A DNA stretch of 35,897 bases from an uncultured bacterium (GTDB taxonomy: Bacteria; Latescibacterota; UBA2968), in assembly GCA_964471275.1 (NCBI GenBank), contig CAYYGZ010000012.1, forward strand, positions 1 to 35,897, in the 5' to 3' direction. The position numbers and the translations under genes were made by a program. Shown here in pieces: positions 18,843 through 29,394 of the stretch. The notes under the pieces are model-generated. The model had not been told where the DNA came from and did not search any database. It worked only from the letters and a program-made list of their open reading frames with translations. Every line of letters begins with the position of its first letter. The stretch's first letter is position 1.

Positions 18843-19886
18843 ATGTCCCAAGGAGCGGTACCGACCGGTCCGGCGGCATACATTGACGGCAGACCCGTAG
18901 CGGAATTGAGGCTGGACGCCGATGACGCCGGCAGAGTGTTCGAGCACGGACGGGGTCCGGATCGCTGCGACGCAATGGGCGCGCGGGAGGCAAGTGTCGT
19001 CCTGCACGACGGAATCTATCATCTCTTCTACGACGGTGCGGAACCCGACGTGGGCTGGCTGGCTTGTCTGGCAACGAGCAGCGATCTCCAGGACTGGCAG
19101 CGGCACGGTAGCGTTTTCAGCTACGGCGAGGCGGGCAAGCGCGATTCCCATACGGCGACCTCTCCGTGGTTCATCAGGCACGATGGGCTCTGGCACGCCT
19201 ACTATGTCGGCTGCACAAGGACCACGGATCCACCGGACTGCGTACCGGACGTTCCTTACTACACGCTGAAGGCAGAGGCCGAGGATCTGAAAGGCCCGTG
19301 GCGCAAGCGCTACGATGTGGACGTTGTGTCGACGGAGCCCAACACGTATCATAGCGATACGGCAAGTCCCGGCTACCTGTTCTGGTTTCAAGGGAAGCTC
19401 TGGACGTTCTTTACGTGTGCAGAGAACGTGAAGCGACCAGACGGGAGGGTGATCCACACGAGATCCCTGGGCATGGCCCACGCACCGCACCCGGATGGTC
19501 CCTGGACCGTTTTGGACGAGTCCGTCCTGCCCCAGGAAGAACAGATCGAGAACAGCTCACTCTACCACGAGGCGTCAAACGGCTGGTGGTTCCTGTTTAC
19601 CAACCACGTAGGCATTGATGAAACCTGGGACGAATGGACCGACGCCATCTGGGTCTATTGGTCTAAGGATCCAACGAGATGGGACCCAGGGAACAAGGCG
19701 GTCGTTCTTGATGGCCGGAACTGCACCTGGTCGCAACAGTGCATGGGTATGCCCTCTGTGATCAAGGTTGGTGAGCGCCTGGCCATCTTCTATGATGCTC
19801 CGGGTGGCAATCGTACAGACCATATGGAGCGGGACATAGGCTTGGCTTGGCTGGACCTGCCCCTGTCTCCACCCGGCAGAGATTAG
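18843..19886 (+). CDS. Five-bladed beta-propeller glycoside hydrolase-like protein (GH43/32/130-like)
   Basis: Repeated blade motifs YHLFYDG, LATSSDLQDW, PDGPW, IENSSL and IGLAW. ATG at 18843 after GAGG. Confidence 0.7.
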   Translation: MSQGAVPTGPAAYIDGRPVAELRLDADDAGRVFEHGRGPDRCDAMGAREASVVLHDGIYHLFYDGAEPDVGWLACLATSSDLQDWQRHGSVFSYGEAGKRDSHTATSPWFIRHDGLWHAYYVGCTRTTDPPDCVPDVPYYTLKAEAEDLKGPWRKRYDVDVVSTEPNTYHSDTASPGYLFWFQGKLWTFFTCAENVKRPDGRVIHTRSLGMAHAPHPDGPWTVLDESVLPQEEQIENSSLYHEASNGWWFLFTNHVGIDETWDEWTDAIWVYWSKDPTRWDPGNKAVVLDGRNCTWSQQCMGMPSVIKVGERLAIFYDAPGGNRTDHMERDIGLAWLDLPLSPPGRD

Positions 19887-20009
19887 GACCGAAGTAGAAG
19901 TTCCAATGTGCAGGCTTGTGGCTATCATTTCTCGGCCCACAACGGTCTCCTCTTCCGTGAGCAACCGAATCGCCCCAGCACAAAGCTGACACCCTCGATT
20001 CTCTCGGAG

Positions 20010-20101
20010 CCTGCCCTGAGCTTGTCGAAGGGTCCCCCGCTTATGCGGGGACAGGCCTCTGCGTCCTCCCTGGCCCGCCGTAGCCCGAAGGGCGAAGGGG
20101 G
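20010..20101. repeat. Cluster of three different REP-like palindromes
   Basis: CCTGCCCTGAGCTTGTCGAAGGG, TCCCCCGCTTATGCGGGGAC and GCCCGCCGTAGCCCGAAGGGCGAAGGGGG lie close together in one spacer. Confidence 0.6.
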
Positions 20102-20126
20102 CTGCGGTGAAAGGTCTTCGAAGCCC

Positions 20127-21329
20127 ATGAAAAAAATCGCCGCCATCGTAACCGTCTACCGTCCCCGGTCCCACGCCGATGTCCTTGTTGGCAAATTCCT
20201 CCACGGCTTCCCCACGGACGGTGCGCTCCAGACCCCGCGCGTGGAGATCGCCTCTCTTTACGTCGATCAGATTCACGACGACGACATGAGCGCAGCGATC
20301 TCGGAGCAGTTCGGCGCCCCCGTCTATCCGAGCATCGTCGGCGCCCTCACCCTGGACGGGGAGAAACTGGCTGTGGACGGCGTCCTGCTGATCGGTGAAC
20401 ACGGCGATTACGCCTGGAACGAGAAGGAGCAGCACCTGTTTCCACGGCGCTACTTCATGGAACAGATCGCCGGAGTCATAGCCACGTCAGGCCATGGTAT
20501 CCCGGTCTTTAACGACAAGCACCTCTCGTGGCGGTGGGAGGATGCGAAATGGATGGTCGAGCGAGCGGCCGAGCTCAACGCACCCTTCATGGCGGGCTCA
20601 TCCCTCCCGGTCACCTGGAGGGATCCCTTCCTCGAACACGAGCTCGATGCGCCGCTAAAAGAAGCCGTCGCCGTCGGATTCTCGGGTCTCGACATTTACG
20701 GCTTCCACACGCTCGAAGTGCTCCAGTGCATGGCCGAGCGACGCGCCGGTGGCGAAACGGGAATCACCGCCGTCACCTGTCTGGAAGGGGATGCGGTCTG
20801 GGAACACGCGCGTGACACGGGATTGTGGTGGAGGACACTCGCCGAATCGGCCTGCGCGACCGTCGACGATTCCGGGAAGGAACCGGGATCGATGGAGGAA
20901 CACTGCGAGAACCCGGCGCTCTTCCTGCTGGAATACCGCGACGGATTCCGGGGCGGCGTCCTCATGCTCAACGGCTACCTGAGAGAACTCGCCTACGCAT
21001 CACGACGTCAGGATCAGTCTGTGGAAGCGACCTGGTTCAAGTGCCAGGGCCACGGCGGAGAAGACGGCGCCTACGCCCACTTCAGCTACCTCGGCCTCAA
21101 CATCGAAAAGATGTTCGTCTCCGGCGTGCCCCAGTATCCCGTCGAACGCACGCTCCTGACATCCGGCGCCCTGGAAGCCGCGCTGACCTCGCGATACGAG
21201 GGTCACGTCAGGCTCGAAACTCCGTGGCTGGATGTCGCCTACCGATCCTTCGACCGACTGGCCTGGCGACCGATTGCGCCGTCACCGATGGGGTCGTGTC
21301 TGGAGCCATATCCGCCGGTGGATCGCTAG
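20127..21329 (+). CDS. Conserved hypothetical protein, distant Gfo/Idh/MocA-type oxidoreductase-like
   Basis: MKKIAAIVTVY start, VDGVLLIGEHGDY, PVFNDKHL, MAGSSLP and YGFHTLE. The longer ORF-track start runs through REP elements. Confidence 0.65.
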   Translation: MKKIAAIVTVYRPRSHADVLVGKFLHGFPTDGALQTPRVEIASLYVDQIHDDDMSAAISEQFGAPVYPSIVGALTLDGEKLAVDGVLLIGEHGDYAWNEKEQHLFPRRYFMEQIAGVIATSGHGIPVFNDKHLSWRWEDAKWMVERAAELNAPFMAGSSLPVTWRDPFLEHELDAPLKEAVAVGFSGLDIYGFHTLEVLQCMAERRAGGETGITAVTCLEGDAVWEHARDTGLWWRTLAESACATVDDSGKEPGSMEEHCENPALFLLEYRDGFRGGVLMLNGYLRELAYASRRQDQSVEATWFKCQGHGGEDGAYAHFSYLGLNIEKMFVSGVPQYPVERTLLTSGALEAALTSRYEGHVRLETPWLDVAYRSFDRLAWRPIAPSPMGSCLEPYPPVDR

Positions 21330-21343
21330 CGCCTGTTGCGGCC

Positions 21344-21379
21344 GTCATACCCGCGTATGCGGGCATCCAGGATCTGGAT
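21344..21379 (+). repeat. REP-like palindrome GTCATACCCGCGTATGCGGGCATCCAG
   Basis: CCCGC-GTAT-GCGGG stem plus ATCCAG/CTGGAT hairpin just after a stop codon. Confidence 0.6.
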
Positions 21380-21546
21380 ATAAAAGAAGCTGGGTTCCCA
21401 TTCCCTGATGCAGGATCACAGTCCCACACGTATTGATCAGACTGCCCCCTGGCACCAATACCATACCGATCTCTACCGGGTCGACGCCCTGTCGCCCAAC
21501 CCGTTGGCGACAACCAGCTTCCGCAAGAGAAAGGGATACGACGACT

Positions 21547-24126
21547 ATGCCCGCACCTGTCAACGATGAACGCCTCGACTTCTGGGACGAGGAGACACGA
21601 CTGTTTGGCGTCGCCCCGCACGGACAACACATCGACGCCACCATCGCCGAACGTCGCGAGATCAACTATAAACCGAGCAACGTAGCTATGGATCACGCAG
21701 ACCGGGTCGAAGGCGATCTGAGCCTGGTCTACACGCCGGCCGACGCAGACGTGCCGCCGAACTTCGGCTTTGTCGCCGGGCTTTGGGGCGAATGTTGGGA
21801 CCTTACTCCGGATATACACCTTCACTTCTGGGTGAAGGTTCAGGATGAATCGTGCCCTGGCTGGGAAGTCCGGCTCATCGACCACAAAGGGTTGGAAGCC
21901 GCGGGCACGCTGCCCGAAATCAAGGCAGGAGAGTGGCAGGAACTCGCGCAGCCGCTCGATGCCCTTCAGGTGTCTGATGGGTTCGACTGGCGGAATACAT
22001 CTCTTCTCGAGTTCACATCCCCATTCGGTAAGAATGCCCGCGTCCATCTCGACGGTGTACGGTTTGAAGGCAGCGGAATCGTCATCGGCATCACGGACAA
22101 GTCCCTCCCCCAACGCGCGACCGAAGCAGAAGCCAGCCGCTCTATCCGGGTCCAAACAGCCTTCAGGAAATCGGTAACTGACGAAAGCTCTCCGTCGAGC
22201 ATTGTCGTCGGCGCATTTGCCAGGATGATGCTCAACGAGGATCTCGAAACGGCCAATCAGCTCCTGGTCGATGAACTGAAGAAGAGCTCCGACGCCAACG
22301 CGTGGGGCCTGCTGCAAACGCCGCTCTATTGCCGCTTCTACTATCACTTCTCTAGCCGCTGCGGGAAGTATCCGGATCGGATGACGCCCGAGACAGAAGC
22401 GCTCCTGCTCGAAACCTTGTGGGATCGCACTGCCGTCAAGAACGATATCGCTCTGGCCCGTCAGAGTACCTGGTGGCTCGACGGAAGCGAGAACCACGAC
22501 CTCAACGCCAAGGCCAGCAACCTGGTTACTTCCCGCATCTTCATGAACGAGCCCGAATACCGGGGCCGTATCTATCCGGACTACGGATTCGGAGGCAGCT
22601 ACCACTATGGACACGCGGGATATTATGGTCCGGGCATCGACCCTGGAACACGCCACGGGGGCGGTCGCGCCAACCTCTCCGATGGGAACGAATACAATGC
22701 TAGGGACCACTACGAAGCCTGGCTGGCATACATGAAGACCTACTTCCGTGAACGGGCCGAGCGCGGCTTCTTCGTAGAGTATGCGGCTTACGGATACACC
22801 AAGCACACGCTGAACATGGTGGATCTGGTCTATCAGTACAGCGGCGACGACGAACTGCACGCCATAGTCGGCGACTTCCTCACGCTCTTCTGGGCAGAGT
22901 GGGCACAGGTATCCATCTCAGGCATTCGCGGCGGGCCAAAGACACGACACCATCACACTGTATACCGGAACGACACACACGGCCTGATCAACTTCCATCT
23001 TGGCGGCGTGGCCAATGCCGGGGTCTGGTGGTATTGGAACCTGATCAACGACTACACACTCCCCTCGGTTATCTGGAAGATGGCACTCGGTCGCAAAGGC
23101 ATGGGATGCTATACCTACAGAGCACGCGGTATCGGTGAAGAGGAGAACGTGCTGCCCCGCCCGCCTGGCAGGGAACGTTCGCTTGTGGTCGATACGGATG
23201 CGCGGTTCTTGAAGAGCACCTATGTCACCCCCGACTACACCCTCGGAACCCAGATGGATCACCCGTCGGCCGTGCACTCACACCTGAGCATCTGCGGACG
23301 CTGGCACGGGATGACGTTTGCACAGTCACCGGAATCACGCATCGTGCCGGTCAGCCTCCCGGAAGGAGCGAACAAGAAGGGCCAGAAGAATCCCTACGAA
23401 CTGGAAGCGATGTATCAGACGGTGCACCACGAACGGACGCTGATCATTCAGCAGGCACGCCGCTGGCACGCCGTACATCCCGAATGGTTTCCCACGAATG
23501 CGGACTACGATCAGCCCATCGGCATCTGGGTCGGGAATGACTGGGATCGCAAGGAGGAAGAAGCGGGTTGGATATTTGTGCAGCGTGGCAATGGCTACGC
23601 TGCAGTTCGCCCGATCCTGTGGGACGAGCAGTATGAACGGGAACAGAAGGTGAAGACGGAGGGCAATCAGGTCTATTTCAATGCGCCAGACGATACACCG
23701 ACCGTCAAACTGCGCCTGGATGGTTACGATTGGAATGACGACGGCACGATCGTGCTTCTGAAAGACTCGCATTCGCCGACGATCATCGAAGCCGGCCGCG
23801 TGTCCGACTATCCGACGCTGGAAGCATTCAAATCCGCCGTGCTCGACAGACCACTCGAACTCTACAAGACCGTTGTGCCGGGTGATCACATCCTTGTCTA
23901 TACTGGATGTGGTGCAGCGGCGAGAGAAGTCACCTTCAACACCGGCGTATCACAGATCCCGACAATTGGGAACGAACCCGTCGACTACAGCTATCCGATG
24001 ACTTTCGACAGCCCGTATCTGAAGTCGAACTATAGAAGTGGTGTAATCCATATCGAATACGGCGACGAACGACTTGAACTCGATTTCTCGTCTACCGAGG
24101 GAAGCGAGGGATCGGAACCGGTCTGA
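21547..24126 (+). CDS. Large hypothetical protein; N-terminal CBM-like beta-sandwich plus possible polysaccharide-lyase-like helical/beta body
   Basis: Long ORF with coding-like codon usage; CBM-like LHFWVK...GEWQE...FDW...LDGVRF; GSENH and aromatic-rich helical region. Function inferred only. Confidence 0.6.
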   Translation: MPAPVNDERLDFWDEETRLFGVAPHGQHIDATIAERREINYKPSNVAMDHADRVEGDLSLVYTPADADVPPNFGFVAGLWGECWDLTPDIHLHFWVKVQDESCPGWEVRLIDHKGLEAAGTLPEIKAGEWQELAQPLDALQVSDGFDWRNTSLLEFTSPFGKNARVHLDGVRFEGSGIVIGITDKSLPQRATEAEASRSIRVQTAFRKSVTDESSPSSIVVGAFARMMLNEDLETANQLLVDELKKSSDANAWGLLQTPLYCRFYYHFSSRCGKYPDRMTPETEALLLETLWDRTAVKNDIALARQSTWWLDGSENHDLNAKASNLVTSRIFMNEPEYRGRIYPDYGFGGSYHYGHAGYYGPGIDPGTRHGGGRANLSDGNEYNARDHYEAWLAYMKTYFRERAERGFFVEYAAYGYTKHTLNMVDLVYQYSGDDELHAIVGDFLTLFWAEWAQVSISGIRGGPKTRHHHTVYRNDTHGLINFHLGGVANAGVWWYWNLINDYTLPSVIWKMALGRKGMGCYTYRARGIGEEENVLPRPPGRERSLVVDTDARFLKSTYVTPDYTLGTQMDHPSAVHSHLSICGRWHGMTFAQSPESRIVPVSLPEGANKKGQKNPYELEAMYQTVHHERTLIIQQARRWHAVHPEWFPTNADYDQPIGIWVGNDWDRKEEEAGWIFVQRGNGYAAVRPILWDEQYEREQKVKTEGNQVYFNAPDDTPTVKLRLDGYDWNDDGTIVLLKDSHSPTIIEAGRVSDYPTLEAFKSAVLDRPLELYKTVVPGDHILVYTGCGAAAREVTFNTGVSQIPTIGNEPVDYSYPMTFDSPYLKSNYRSGVIHIEYGDERLELDFSSTEGSEGSEPV

Positions 24127-24233
24127 TTCTGGGGCAGAACACCAAGGTTTGGGGATCACCATTGACACTGGTACACATCCAGCAGCGAAGATCGAAAAGA
24201 CCACAATGCCATTGACACAGGAGGTCCGAACCG

Positions 24234-24629
24234 ATGGCCAGTGAATTCATACAGCCGGAGAGTGTTCACTCGACCGTAGGGGTGGGTTATTCTCACGTAG
24301 CGAAGGCAGGCGACGCCGCATACATTGCCGGCCAGATCGCTCTGGACACCGAAGGCAATCTGGTTGGGCAGGGCGATGTCGGAGCCCAGACGCAACAGGT
24401 CTACACCAATCTTCAGGCCATTCTCGAGGAACTTGGCGGCAGTCTGACGGATATCGTAAAGCTGACCACCTACTTGACCGATCGCCGTCATCTGGATGCC
24501 CTTCGCAGCGTCCGGAACAGCTTTTTCAGCGACCCGTTCCCCCCGAACACACTACTGTTCGTGAGCGGTCTCGCTCAGCCCGATTACCTGGTCGAGATAG
24601 AAGCCGTGGCCTACCTCCCGTCCTCGTAG
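24234..24629 (+). CDS. RidA/YjgF/UK114 family protein
   Basis: AGGAGG RBS; YSHVAKAG, YIAGQI, IVKLTTYL and VEIEAVA. Confidence 0.92.
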   Translation: MASEFIQPESVHSTVGVGYSHVAKAGDAAYIAGQIALDTEGNLVGQGDVGAQTQQVYTNLQAILEELGGSLTDIVKLTTYLTDRRHLDALRSVRNSFFSDPFPPNTLLFVSGLAQPDYLVEIEAVAYLPSS

Positions 24630-25098
24630 AAGGCCTGATCGAGGCACGATCTGACCAGAATGACATCCAGTGGAGGAGATCGGTAACGCGCTCAAGCTTC
24701 CAATCTGGACATCATCTGTTTCTCGGAAGCACTCGCGGGAGATTGGACTCGACGCGCCGGGGCAATTCTGGGTATGGAGCACGTTGTCGTGGGGAAATAC
24801 GCGACTGCTGGTCAAAAGGCCAAGCACAAGACCATCGCCAGCAGGACGCCTCTGGAGAGAGATGTTTCTCGACATCGGTCTGGATATCAGCTGGAAGGAT
24901 CTGAAGCTGGATATCGCGGCGCGGAACACGTCCCGGGTGTTTGAGGCCGAACAGGCATGAATCGGACGCGTTATCGATCACATCGTGTATGATCCGTACA
25001 AAGCAAGAGCAGTGGCCGGGAAGTAGAAGGATCAGCCAAGAAGACAAATGAATCGGGTCGACCCCGGGGTGGACCCTCAACAAGCCGTGAGGTATAAG

Positions 25099-26460
25099 AT
25101 GTCAAAGCAGAACAAACCCAATGTCGTCTATATCTTGACCGATCAGTGGCGTGCCAAAGCGACCGGCTACAACGGTGACCCGAACGCCGTCACACCGAAC
25201 ATCGATCGGCTGGCCGCGGAATCACTCGACTTTGTGAACGCCATCGGTACGTCTCCCGTCTGTACGCCAGCCCGGGCCGCTTTGCTGACGGGTCGCTATC
25301 CGACAAGCACCGGCATGTTCATGAACGACATCCCGCTCTCGCCTGATGAGCAGAGCATCGGCAAGGCTTTCAAGTCGGGCGGATACGAGACAGCCTATGT
25401 CGGAAAATGGCACGTGGACGGGCACGGCCGTGCCAGCTACATCCCGCCCGAACGACGGCAGGGGTTCGATTACTGGAAAGTCCTCGAATGCACGCACGAC
25501 TACCAGAACTCCGAATACTTCGATGGCAATGATTCGACGATCAAAACGTGGCCCGATTACGACGCGTTCGCCCAGACAGACGACGCGTGCGAGTATATCC
25601 GGCAACATCTCGAGGAACCGTTCTTCCTGGCCCTGTCTCTTGGACCGCCGCACTTTCCGCACAACAATGCGCCAGAAGATATCCAGGTGCGCTTTACGCC
25701 AGAGGATATCCAGTTCTCTCCCAATGTTGTCTTTGACGATGACGAGGCAGAAGCATTCACGCGCAAGGAAGCGGCAGGCTACTACGCGCATATTTCCGCA
25801 ATTGACCGCTGTGTCGGCAGTGTCGTCGATACGCTGAAGGCTAGCGGTCTGGAAGAGAACACCATCCTCATCTTTGCCTCCGATCACGGTGAGATGATGG
25901 GATCCCATCGCCACGGCCCCTTCAAGAAACAGATCTTCTGGGATGAATCCTGCCGGGTCCCCTATCTCCTGCGATTCCCTCCACTCACATCCGAACAGAA
26001 GGGCCGCAAGGTGACCACGCCTTTGGGCACTGTGGATATCATGCCGACTCTGCTGAGCCTGTGCGGTCTGGACATTCCCGATCCGGTCGAAGGGAGAGAT
26101 CTCTCGGCGTGCGTTCGAGAGAGGACGGAACTGGCCGATCACGTCGCGCTCTACATGAGCGTGTCGCCATTCAGTGGGAAGAACCACCTCGATCCTGCCT
26201 ACCGAGCTCTCCGCACTGATCGCCATACCTTCGTGCGGACCGGTGACGGTGACCGCTATCTCTTCGACGATGTGGAGGATCCGTATCAGCTGAGGAATCT
26301 GACGGACGCGCCGGAGGCAATGGATCTCAAGAGCGGGTTGGAGAAGGAACTGGACGAGCAGTTGGCGTCGATCGGCGATCCTTTCAGGGAGAAGGAGTAT
26401 TACCTGGAGAAATGGGGATACGAGGTGAACGATACAGGGGAGGTACCGTATTCGAGGTAG
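25099..26460 (+). CDS. Sulfatase (Cys-type, formylglycine-dependent)
   Basis: KPNVVYILTDQ, CTPARAALLTG, GKWH and SDHG; no signal peptide; ATG at 25099 after GAGG. Confidence 0.95.
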   Translation: MSKQNKPNVVYILTDQWRAKATGYNGDPNAVTPNIDRLAAESLDFVNAIGTSPVCTPARAALLTGRYPTSTGMFMNDIPLSPDEQSIGKAFKSGGYETAYVGKWHVDGHGRASYIPPERRQGFDYWKVLECTHDYQNSEYFDGNDSTIKTWPDYDAFAQTDDACEYIRQHLEEPFFLALSLGPPHFPHNNAPEDIQVRFTPEDIQFSPNVVFDDDEAEAFTRKEAAGYYAHISAIDRCVGSVVDTLKASGLEENTILIFASDHGEMMGSHRHGPFKKQIFWDESCRVPYLLRFPPLTSEQKGRKVTTPLGTVDIMPTLLSLCGLDIPDPVEGRDLSACVRERTELADHVALYMSVSPFSGKNHLDPAYRALRTDRHTFVRTGDGDRYLFDDVEDPYQLRNLTDAPEAMDLKSGLEKELDEQLASIGDPFREKEYYLEKWGYEVNDTGEVPYSR

Positions 26461-26656
26461 TCACCCGGCGTTGGTACCCGCATCCAGGGCACGCTGATGG
26501 TGAGTGTGGGTGATGCCTTTCTGTGCAAGCAGGAATTCCTTGCTTCACGATGGGCACCGAGGACGGACACGTTACCATTGCCTGTGATTGCTGCGATGTC
26601 ATTCTTGTTCACGCCGCGCCGCTTCGGTACTCCCCACCACCTTCTCTCGGGACAGT

Positions 26657-26683
26657 CTTGGGAGCCTTGGTGTGCTTGGGGGT
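26657..26683. repeat. Three 9-mer tandem repeats CTTGGnnnn
   Basis: CTTGGGAGC CTTGGTGTG CTTGGGGGT in an intergenic spacer. Confidence 0.4.
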
Positions 26684-26745
26684 TACTGGGTTTGGCTTTG
26701 GGCGATTGATCCGGGTCTGGAATACACGAGAAACAGGAGACGCAG

Positions 26746-28248
26746 ATGTCACACGATAGATGCAAGGTCGGCTTGTTCAGCATCGGTCTGGCGGCGTACT
26801 GGCCGCAGTTCGAAGGGCTCGAAGAACGGCTGACGGGCTACGGAGCCTTTGTCGGGAAGAAGCTTTCGGACATGGAAGTCGATGTGGTCGATGTGGGTAT
26901 GGTCGACGACCAGCCCAAAGCACTTGCCGCCGGGGACCGCTTTGTCCGTGAGGGTGTCGACCTGGTGGTCTGCTATGTCACGACTTACTCGACGAGCAGC
27001 CAGGTACTTCCCGCGGTCCAGCAGGTCGGTCGCCCGGTTCTGGTCCTGAACCTCCAGCCAACGGCCCAGCTGCGGTATGCGGAAACCGGGACGGGCGAGT
27101 GGCTGGCAAACTGCCAGGCTTGCTGTATACCGGAGATCTCGAACGCCTTCGCACGATGCGGGATCGATTTCCACGTCGTCACCGGATTGCTCGGGTTGCC
27201 CGATCAGCCTGCAGGCGCGCTGGCGAACGAAGTAACGGCGGATCATCCCGCTGCCAGGGAAGCATGGCAGGAGATCGGTGACTGGCTGAGTGCAGTGCGC
27301 GTGAAGCGGGTTCTGAATCGCAGCAGGATCGGGTTCCTCGGGCATACCTACCCGGGCATGATGGACATGTACAGCGACTTCACGCAGCACTCTGCCTACC
27401 TGGGCACCCACATCGAAGTGCTCGAGATGGAGGATGTTCAGGCACGCGTCGATGCGGTGACGGACGACGAAATCGACGCCGTCAGGAAAAGAACGCTCGA
27501 GCTGTTCGACATAAGCGAAGACATCCCGAGCGATCCGCTGGCCAGGAAACCAACCGACGACGAAATGAACTGGGCGTGTCGGGTAGCCGCAGGTCTGGAC
27601 CGGGTCGTTTCCGACTTCGACCTTCACGGGCTCACCTACTATTACCGTGGGCTGGACGGAAATGACTTCGAGCAGCTGGGCTCGAGCCTCATACTGGGCT
27701 GTTCGCTGCTGACGGCCCGAGGTATTCCGTGCAGCGGTGAGGGTGATCTAAAGAACTGTATGGCCATGAAGGTGATAGATGCGCTCGGTGCGGGTGGCAG
27801 CTACACCGAGCTCTACGCGATGGATTTCGAGGATCGCCTGATCCTGATGGGACACGACGGACCGTTTCACATGACCATCGCCGAGGGTAAGCCGGTTCTG
27901 CGTGGGCTGGAGCTGTTCCACGGAAAGCGGGGCGGCGGCGTCTCGGTCGAGGCTCAGGTCAGCCAGGGACCCGTCACAGTCCTGGGCTTGACCCAGACAC
28001 AGGACGGGAGGCTGAGGTGGCTCGGTGCTGAGGGCTGGTCGGTACCGGGCGACATCCTGCGGATCGGGAACACGAACTCACGAATCCGATTCTCGAACAC
28101 GCCGGATGGTGACTTCGACGTAGCGGATTGGATGAACCGTTGGGCGCAGCTGGGTCCCACCCATCACGTTGCGCTCGGGGTAGGACACGAGTCTGCAAAG
28201 ATCGAGAGGCTGGCCAGGCTGCTCCATATGGACTTTGTAGAAGTCTAA
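26746..28248 (+). CDS. L-fucose/L-arabinose isomerase family protein
   Basis: AGGAG RBS; metal-site motifs GEGD, YTE, GHDGP and THH. Confidence 0.85.
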   Translation: MSHDRCKVGLFSIGLAAYWPQFEGLEERLTGYGAFVGKKLSDMEVDVVDVGMVDDQPKALAAGDRFVREGVDLVVCYVTTYSTSSQVLPAVQQVGRPVLVLNLQPTAQLRYAETGTGEWLANCQACCIPEISNAFARCGIDFHVVTGLLGLPDQPAGALANEVTADHPAAREAWQEIGDWLSAVRVKRVLNRSRIGFLGHTYPGMMDMYSDFTQHSAYLGTHIEVLEMEDVQARVDAVTDDEIDAVRKRTLELFDISEDIPSDPLARKPTDDEMNWACRVAAGLDRVVSDFDLHGLTYYYRGLDGNDFEQLGSSLILGCSLLTARGIPCSGEGDLKNCMAMKVIDALGAGGSYTELYAMDFEDRLILMGHDGPFHMTIAEGKPVLRGLELFHGKRGGGVSVEAQVSQGPVTVLGLTQTQDGRLRWLGAEGWSVPGDILRIGNTNSRIRFSNTPDGDFDVADWMNRWAQLGPTHHVALGVGHESAKIERLARLLHMDFVEV

Positions 28249-28323
28249 TCGGGAACGGAGACCCGGCAGCGATTTGAACCCAGACCGTATGTTCAGGTAG
28301 CGTTTCCAGGGGAGGTGCCAATT

Positions 28324-29394
28324 GTGATTGAGCACGTTGTGGTTTCGGTGAAGGAGGGGCGATATCACGGGTGGCCTGCCAACAATGGGATATGGTCTTG
28401 GGGGGATGAAATCCTGGTAGGGTTCACGCAGGGCGACTATGTCCAGCAAAAGGGACACAGTATCGACGGCGTCCAGGAGAACCATCTGGCGAAGAGCCTG
28501 GATGGCGGGCAGACGTGGCGCGCCTATCGTCCAGAAGGCTACTTCAGAGACGAGAACCAGAAATACCGTGGGGGCGACAAGCGACCCGTGGCAACCGCGC
28601 TGAACTTCCTTGATCCCCACCTCGTGGTGAAGATGTTTTCGCAGGGATACCACGGCACGGAGGACCCCGAGGGAGGATTCTTCGTCAGTCGAGATCGTGG
28701 CAATACGTGGGAGGGTCCCCACACCCTTGGAGGGCTCTACGAAAGGGAAGGTCTGAAGGGCAGGATTCTTTCAGCCAGAACCGCCTATCTGCCTCAGGAT
28801 AGGAACACCTGTCTGTTCTTTATCTCAGCCAAGCCGCCGGTGGAGACGGAAGCCGGTAACCGGGTAGGTTGCGTACAGACGAGTGACGGAGGTCGTTCCT
28901 TTGAGTTTCTCTCTTGGGTGACACCGGAGGACGGCAGGTCCGTTGCGATCATGCCGCAAGCCGTCCCGATCTCGCCAGATACTTTCGTGCTCGCCTACCG
29001 GAAGATCTACAAGAATCACGATGGCGACGACGCGATCGAGATCTACCGATCTGAGGACCGGTGCCGGTCGTGGCAGTTCGCGAGCACCGTTACGATCACC
29101 AGGCCGCACTCCAATCCCCCGGCCCTGGTAAGGCTGACCGATGGGCGGCTCTGCTGCGCCTATGGGGACCGCAATGATCTCAAGATCAAGGCGAAGTGGA
29201 GTGAGGATGAGGGCCGGACGTGGGGACCGGAGATTGTGGTGCGCGATGACTACCACCGGTGTCTCGACCGCGATCACGATCTCGGGTATGTAAGCATGGT
29301 GCAGCGGACCGATGGTCGACTGGTGGCCGTGTACTATTGGGCGACGGAAGATCATCCGGAACAGCATATCGCCGCCACGATATGGGAGAACTAG
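28324..29394 (+). CDS. Sialidase-family / BNR (Asp-box) beta-propeller protein
   Basis: Five Asp-boxes (SLDGGQTW, SRDRGNTW, TSDGGRSF, SEDRCRSW, SEDEGRTW) and DLGY. GTG at 28324 is better spaced from GGAGGT than 28315. Confidence 0.85.
   Translation: MIEHVVVSVKEGRYHGWPANNGIWSWGDEILVGFTQGDYVQQKGHSIDGVQENHLAKSLDGGQTWRAYRPEGYFRDENQKYRGGDKRPVATALNFLDPHLVVKMFSQGYHGTEDPEGGFFVSRDRGNTWEGPHTLGGLYEREGLKGRILSARTAYLPQDRNTCLFFISAKPPVETEAGNRVGCVQTSDGGRSFEFLSWVTPEDGRSVAIMPQAVPISPDTFVLAYRKIYKNHDGDDAIEIYRSEDRCRSWQFASTVTITRPHSNPPALVRLTDGRLCCAYGDRNDLKIKAKWSEDEGRTWGPEIVVRDDYHRCLDRDHDLGYVSMVQRTDGRLVAVYYWATEDHPEQHIAATIWEN

Noticed and set aside
21208..22860. 550-aa minus-strand ORF (also 32181-33647, 25222-26226, 26749-27627)
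   Set aside because: Antisense shadows of better supported plus-strand genes.
24670..24960. 96-aa ORF between the RidA-family gene and the sulfatase
   Set aside because: No clear RBS or recognisable family; may be decayed coding sequence but cannot be supported.
26497..26759. Short overlapping ORFs between the sulfatase and isomerase genes
   Set aside because: No motifs or RBS; they run through tandem-repeat sequence.
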